Program-made: the position numbers and the translations under genes | Notes under the pieces: generated by a model | Seen by the model: only the letters and a program-made list of their open reading frames with translations | What the model was told of the DNA's origin: nothing | Database searches by the model: none | DNA from: a bacterium | GTDB taxonomy: Bacteria > Patescibacteriota > Microgenomatia > UBA1406 > GWC2-37-13 | Length of the DNA stretch: 64,000 nt | NCBI GenBank assembly: GCA_037138475.1 | Contig: JBAXII010000008.1 | Coordinates: 8 to 64,007, forward strand | Direction: 5' to 3' | In this document: in pieces, positions 60,935 to 64,000 of the stretch | Layout of the letters: each line of letters starts with the position of its first letter | Position numbering within the stretch: position 1 is the first letter of the stretch

Positions 60935-61795
60935 ATGCCCGCTACGTTCATCCAAATTGTAGAACTGTTCATAAAAGACCTTCAGGCAAAGGGAAAGTCT
61001 CCGTATACCACCATAGCTTATAAAAAAGACCTCGAGCAGTTTTTTGAGTATGTTTCCCTTCGAGGCATCACCTCTTTTACCAAAATTACCTCAGAGGTCA
61101 TTGAGTCATTTATCACTGAGCTGGTGACCGTGAAGGAATATACCAAAAAATCAGCCTCACGAAAGCTCAACTCCATTCGTACCTTGTTCCGCTTTCTGAA
61201 GGCCCAGGGTGTCATCCCCTCAAACCCTGCATCAGAGATATCTCACCCCAAGTTTCAGCCTGCAGCTCCTCGCATACTCACCAAACTTGAGTATCGTGGG
61301 TTGCGAGATGTGGCAAAGAAAGACCCGCGCGTGTTTGCGCTGGTTGAGCTCCTTTTGCAAACAGGCATGAAAATCGGCGAGCTGGCTCAGTTGAAAATCG
61401 ACGACATTAAGCAAAAGCACCTGTATATCCCAAAAACCGGAAATATTCCTGAGCGGGAAATCCCCCTCAACAAGCCTTCTGAGGCTGCCCTCAAAGCATA
61501 TCTCTTGGTTCGCCCAAAGTTTTCCGATGCGCATGTGTTTATCACCCGCACAGGCAAACCCATGCTTATCCGAAATATCCGCCAGGTGATTGATAGATGT
61601 TTTGCAGAGGTGGGCATACAAGCCGCCACGGTGAACGATCTCAGAAATACCTTCATAGCTCACCAACTCACGACAGGAGTGAGCCTCGAGTATATAGCGC
61701 GCATCGTAGGACATCGTAGACTTTCTTCGACTGAGCGATTCCTCCACCTGGTAAAGCAGGATGTTGACAAGCGCGAGGCGCTGGGAGAACTCTAA
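60935..61795 (+). CDS. XerC/XerD-like tyrosine-recombinase-fold protein with substituted catalytic residues
   Basis: Full-length colinearity with XerD (SAM-like N-domain; LLLQTGMKIGEL; NDLRNTFIAHQL; VGHRRLSSTERFLHL). Arg-I is Lys, His-II is Asn, and the nucleophilic Tyr is Phe. Start is TTG 60929 or ATG 60935. Confidence 0.75.
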   Translation: MPATFIQIVELFIKDLQAKGKSPYTTIAYKKDLEQFFEYVSLRGITSFTKITSEVIESFITELVTVKEYTKKSASRKLNSIRTLFRFLKAQGVIPSNPASEISHPKFQPAAPRILTKLEYRGLRDVAKKDPRVFALVELLLQTGMKIGELAQLKIDDIKQKHLYIPKTGNIPEREIPLNKPSEAALKAYLLVRPKFSDAHVFITRTGKPMLIRNIRQVIDRCFAEVGIQAATVNDLRNTFIAHQLTTGVSLEYIARIVGHRRLSSTERFLHLVKQDVDKREALGEL

Positions 61796-61888
61796 TCCAC
61801 GGACCACACCCTTTCATTTGGCTCTCCCGATACTTTACCTTGTTATTTCAAGTTTCATATTTCTTCATTCTTTGGTCATCGTCCTCTC

Positions 61889-63016
61889 TCACTCTTGTAT
61901 CCTGATTGGCATGATCACGTGTTGATAGAAAAACTGGTCTGTCTTCTCATCGTCTTCGACCACGCCTGAGAGAAATAGGATGGGCGTTTCGGGTCTATTT
62001 ACTCTAATGGTAAATTGCTCGTCTTCTATGCTTCCCAAAAAGTCCAGGATGTATCGGATATTAAATGCAATTGTTAGCTTCTCTTCACTTTTTGTATTTA
62101 CTCGTTGAATAGAAACTCCACTCTCTTGCCCTGCTTCTTTTTTTGGTCTAATAAGAATTGATTTGTTTTCAATACAAAAAACAGCAATGTTTGAGTGGTC
62201 TCGAGCAAATACACCCACTGTTTTTAGTGCGGCCTCTATCTCCTTTTTTTGCAGTACAAAACTGTGTTGGTGTGATTGAACTAATACTTTTTCATATGCG
62301 GGATAGTCTCCAGAGAGGAGTTGGGAGGATAGTGATGTGCTTCCTTGGGACAAGTTTATTTTTTTTCCTTCTACATCTATGCCAAAAAACAATTGGTCTG
62401 CAGATTTGAGAATACCTATTGACTCAGATAAAAAGCCTGCGGGCACGAGTATGGGGCTTTCAATACCTAGGTTTTGGGTTATCTGGACAAGCGACAATCT
62501 AAAGCCATCTGTTGCGACAATGCGAGTGGTGTCCTGGGTGAGAGGTATAAAGTTGATAGAGGAAAGTGCGGGGCGAGCCGTGTCTTGAGAGCACGCAAAA
62601 AGAACAGGTGAGAGCGCAGAAGAAAATGTTTTTGTGGGAATCTTGATTGTCCCTTTTTTGAGTTCTGTTTTTTCTCCCACCTCTTTTGTCAGCGGAAACA
62701 CTCCGGTGACTTGCTTGTTTTTGATTTTTATTTTTTGATCACTAATCTCTATGGATGCGTGGTCCTCTTGGAGAGTTTGAAGAAAGTCATACAGCTTCTT
62801 TGTGTCTGTGGAAAAGATCATTTCCTCCCCAACATACTGGACTGGAATAAATGACTCGAATTCTCGTGTTTCTCCTTGTGCAAAGGCAGTGAGTTTGTCG
62901 CTCTTGAGAGAGAAGAATTCTTTGTGTGTCTTTTGACCGATGAGGAACCTTCGAAGATCAGACAACACAAGTGAGAGTTTCTTGGTCTCAATACTAGATA
63001 TATTAATAGTAGTCAT
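61889..63016 (-). CDS. dnaN: DNA polymerase III beta sliding clamp
   Basis: Three-domain length (375 aa), VATDGFRLS motif, position next to dnaA. Start trimmed to ATG 63016. Confidence 0.85.
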   Translation of the reverse strand: MTTINISSIETKKLSLVLSDLRRFLIGQKTHKEFFSLKSDKLTAFAQGETREFESFIPVQYVGEEMIFSTDTKKLYDFLQTLQEDHASIEISDQKIKIKNKQVTGVFPLTKEVGEKTELKKGTIKIPTKTFSSALSPVLFACSQDTARPALSSINFIPLTQDTTRIVATDGFRLSLVQITQNLGIESPILVPAGFLSESIGILKSADQLFFGIDVEGKKINLSQGSTSLSSQLLSGDYPAYEKVLVQSHQHSFVLQKKEIEAALKTVGVFARDHSNIAVFCIENKSILIRPKKEAGQESGVSIQRVNTKSEEKLTIAFNIRYILDFLGSIEDEQFTIRVNRPETPILFLSGVVEDDEKTDQFFYQHVIMPIRIQE

Positions 63017-63025
63017 AGTAGGGCG

Positions 63026-63034
63026 TGTGGGTAA
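63026..63034 (+). promoter_or_regulatory. DnaA-box-like 9-mer TGTGGGTAA (8/9 to TGTGGATAA)
   Basis: Lies in the dnaA-dnaN spacer. Confidence 0.35.
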
Positions 63035-63088
63035 GTGTATAAGACGAGTTTTGGGTTTACAAGGCGTTCTTTGTAGCACATAGGCGCA

Positions 63089-63097
63089 TGTGGGTAA
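63089..63097 (+). promoter_or_regulatory. DnaA-box-like 9-mer TGTGGGTAA, second copy
   Basis: Identical 9-mer in the same orientation, 63 nt from the first, abutting the dnaA stop codon. Confidence 0.35.
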
Positions 63098-63099
63098 TT

Positions 63100-64000
63100 T
63101 TAGGTGCTCGTGGACAGACCAAGGTTTTGGCATATCGTATCAATCTCTTTCTTTGTGTTGGTATCATGGATAAGTAATTCTTGGATCTTTTGGACGCCAT
63201 GAAGGACGGTCGTGTGATCTTTTCTTTTGAGAAATCGGGCGATTTCGATGAGGCCCATGTGGTTTTTCTCTCGCAACACATACATAAGCACGTGTCTCGC
63301 GTGGGCAACTTTCTCAGTTCTATTTAATTGTTTGAGGTGGATGGGCTTTAGTTGAAAAAACAAACACACGGTCTGCATGGCTTTCTCAGCAGGGGGCGCA
63401 CCACTCTCCGCGCCCGAGCCCGACGAAGAGTGAACGTCCTGGAGCCTGAGGGTAACATCTTGTTGGCTAGTAGCAGGACGCACGAGCGCGCGGGCATATG
63501 AAGAGAGGAGGATACCCTCAAGCATGCGGTTGTCTTGTGCCTGACCCGCAATCTCCTTGGCGACCTCAATATCCACCTCGATTCCGCGCTCTTTGGCCTT
63601 TATCATAGTGATAGCTGTTTTGAGCTCAAAATCAGGGGGAGAGATATCTATGATGAGTCCACCCGCAAACCTCGACCTCAGTCGATCCTCTATGTCGTTG
63701 ATCTGCATAGGGGGACGGTCAGAGATGAGTATCACCTGGCCACCCCTCCCCACAATGTCGTTAAAAGTATTGAAAAATTCTTGCTGGACCGTTTGTTTGC
63801 CCGCAATAAACTGAATATCATCCACAATGAGCACATCAAGCCGCCTGTATTTTTGGCGAAACTTGTCGGTGGTTCTCCCCCGAATAGCCTCAATGATCTC
63901 ATTGGTAAACTTGTCTCCCCCACAAAAAAAGACACGCGCTTGCCTGTTGAGCTGAAGCACCCGAAACGCAGTGGCCTGGGCGAGGTGGGTCTTGCCGCAG
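63100..64000 (-). CDS. dnaA: Chromosomal replication initiator DnaA (C-terminal ~300 aa; the 5' end lies beyond the window)
   Basis: GKTHLAQA, LIVDDIQFIAGK, ILISDRPP, and domain IV KDHTTVLHGVQKI. The reading frame is open to the window edge. Confidence 0.9.
   Translation of the reverse strand, partial: CGKTHLAQATAFRVLQLNRQARVFFCGGDKFTNEIIEAIRGRTTDKFRQKYRRLDVLIVDDIQFIAGKQTVQQEFFNTFNDIVGRGGQVILISDRPPMQINDIEDRLRSRFAGGLIIDISPPDFELKTAITMIKAKERGIEVDIEVAKEIAGQAQDNRMLEGILLSSYARALVRPATSQQDVTLRLQDVHSSSGSGAESGAPPAEKAMQTVCLFFQLKPIHLKQLNRTEKVAHARHVLMYVLREKNHMGLIEIARFLKRKDHTTVLHGVQKIQELLIHDTNTKKEIDTICQNLGLSTST

Noticed and set aside
57199-61795. Integrative conjugative element consisting of the VirB4 cluster plus the Xer-like integrase
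   Set aside because: There is no relaxase, coupling protein or flanking direct repeats. The recombinase lacks its catalytic Tyr. trxA and dnaN/dnaA are interleaved core genes.

Overview
This is a dense 64 kb window (roughly 90% coding) that reads in the standard genetic code. It is mostly housekeeping and looks like a reduced-genome bacterium. The gene repertoire suggests a Candidate Phyla Radiation / Patescibacteria-like organism: DUF5667-like and DUF4230-like proteins, a PrgI/VirB4 mini-cluster, MurT/GatD, a class II RNR, and many lineage-specific orphans. That lineage call is an inference. The right end carries dnaN and a 5'-truncated dnaA, so the window lies next to the replication origin.

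Recognisable content:
- secE-nusG-rplK-rplA, rho, trxB, a CsoR-family repressor
- tgt and queA, a ThyX-like protein
- murT-gatD-murI, eno, gpmA
- nrdR-nrdJ-pduO, hup, rny, recA, pgi, rpsA, trxA
- tRNA-Pro(GGG) and tRNA-Ala(GGC)

Observations most worth follow-up:
1. A cobalamin-riboswitch-like leader precedes two uncharacterised genes, directly downstream of the B12-dependent nrdJ-pduO pair.
2. A PIN_5/UPF0278-like protein resembles RNA-free RNase P (HARP).
3. A XerC/D-like protein has its catalytic Arg, His and nucleophilic Tyr substituted.
4. A TGT has all three zinc-ligand cysteines replaced.
5. Rho carries an RGG/Q-rich insertion at the R-loop position.
6. There are several dispersed repeat families: 25-nt GTCAT...GGATCC hairpins with compensatory stem changes, a 28-32 nt GGCTCCG...CCGGAG hairpin, and heptamer tandem arrays. 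One heptamer array sits in frame inside a CDS.
7. A partial duplication of the tRNA-Pro 5' half is interrupted by a hairpin element.

All calls come from reading the sequence and the supplied ORF track, with no searches run. Motif coordinates may be off by 1-2 nt, and family assignments rest on remembered motifs, so they need HMM or covariance-model confirmation.
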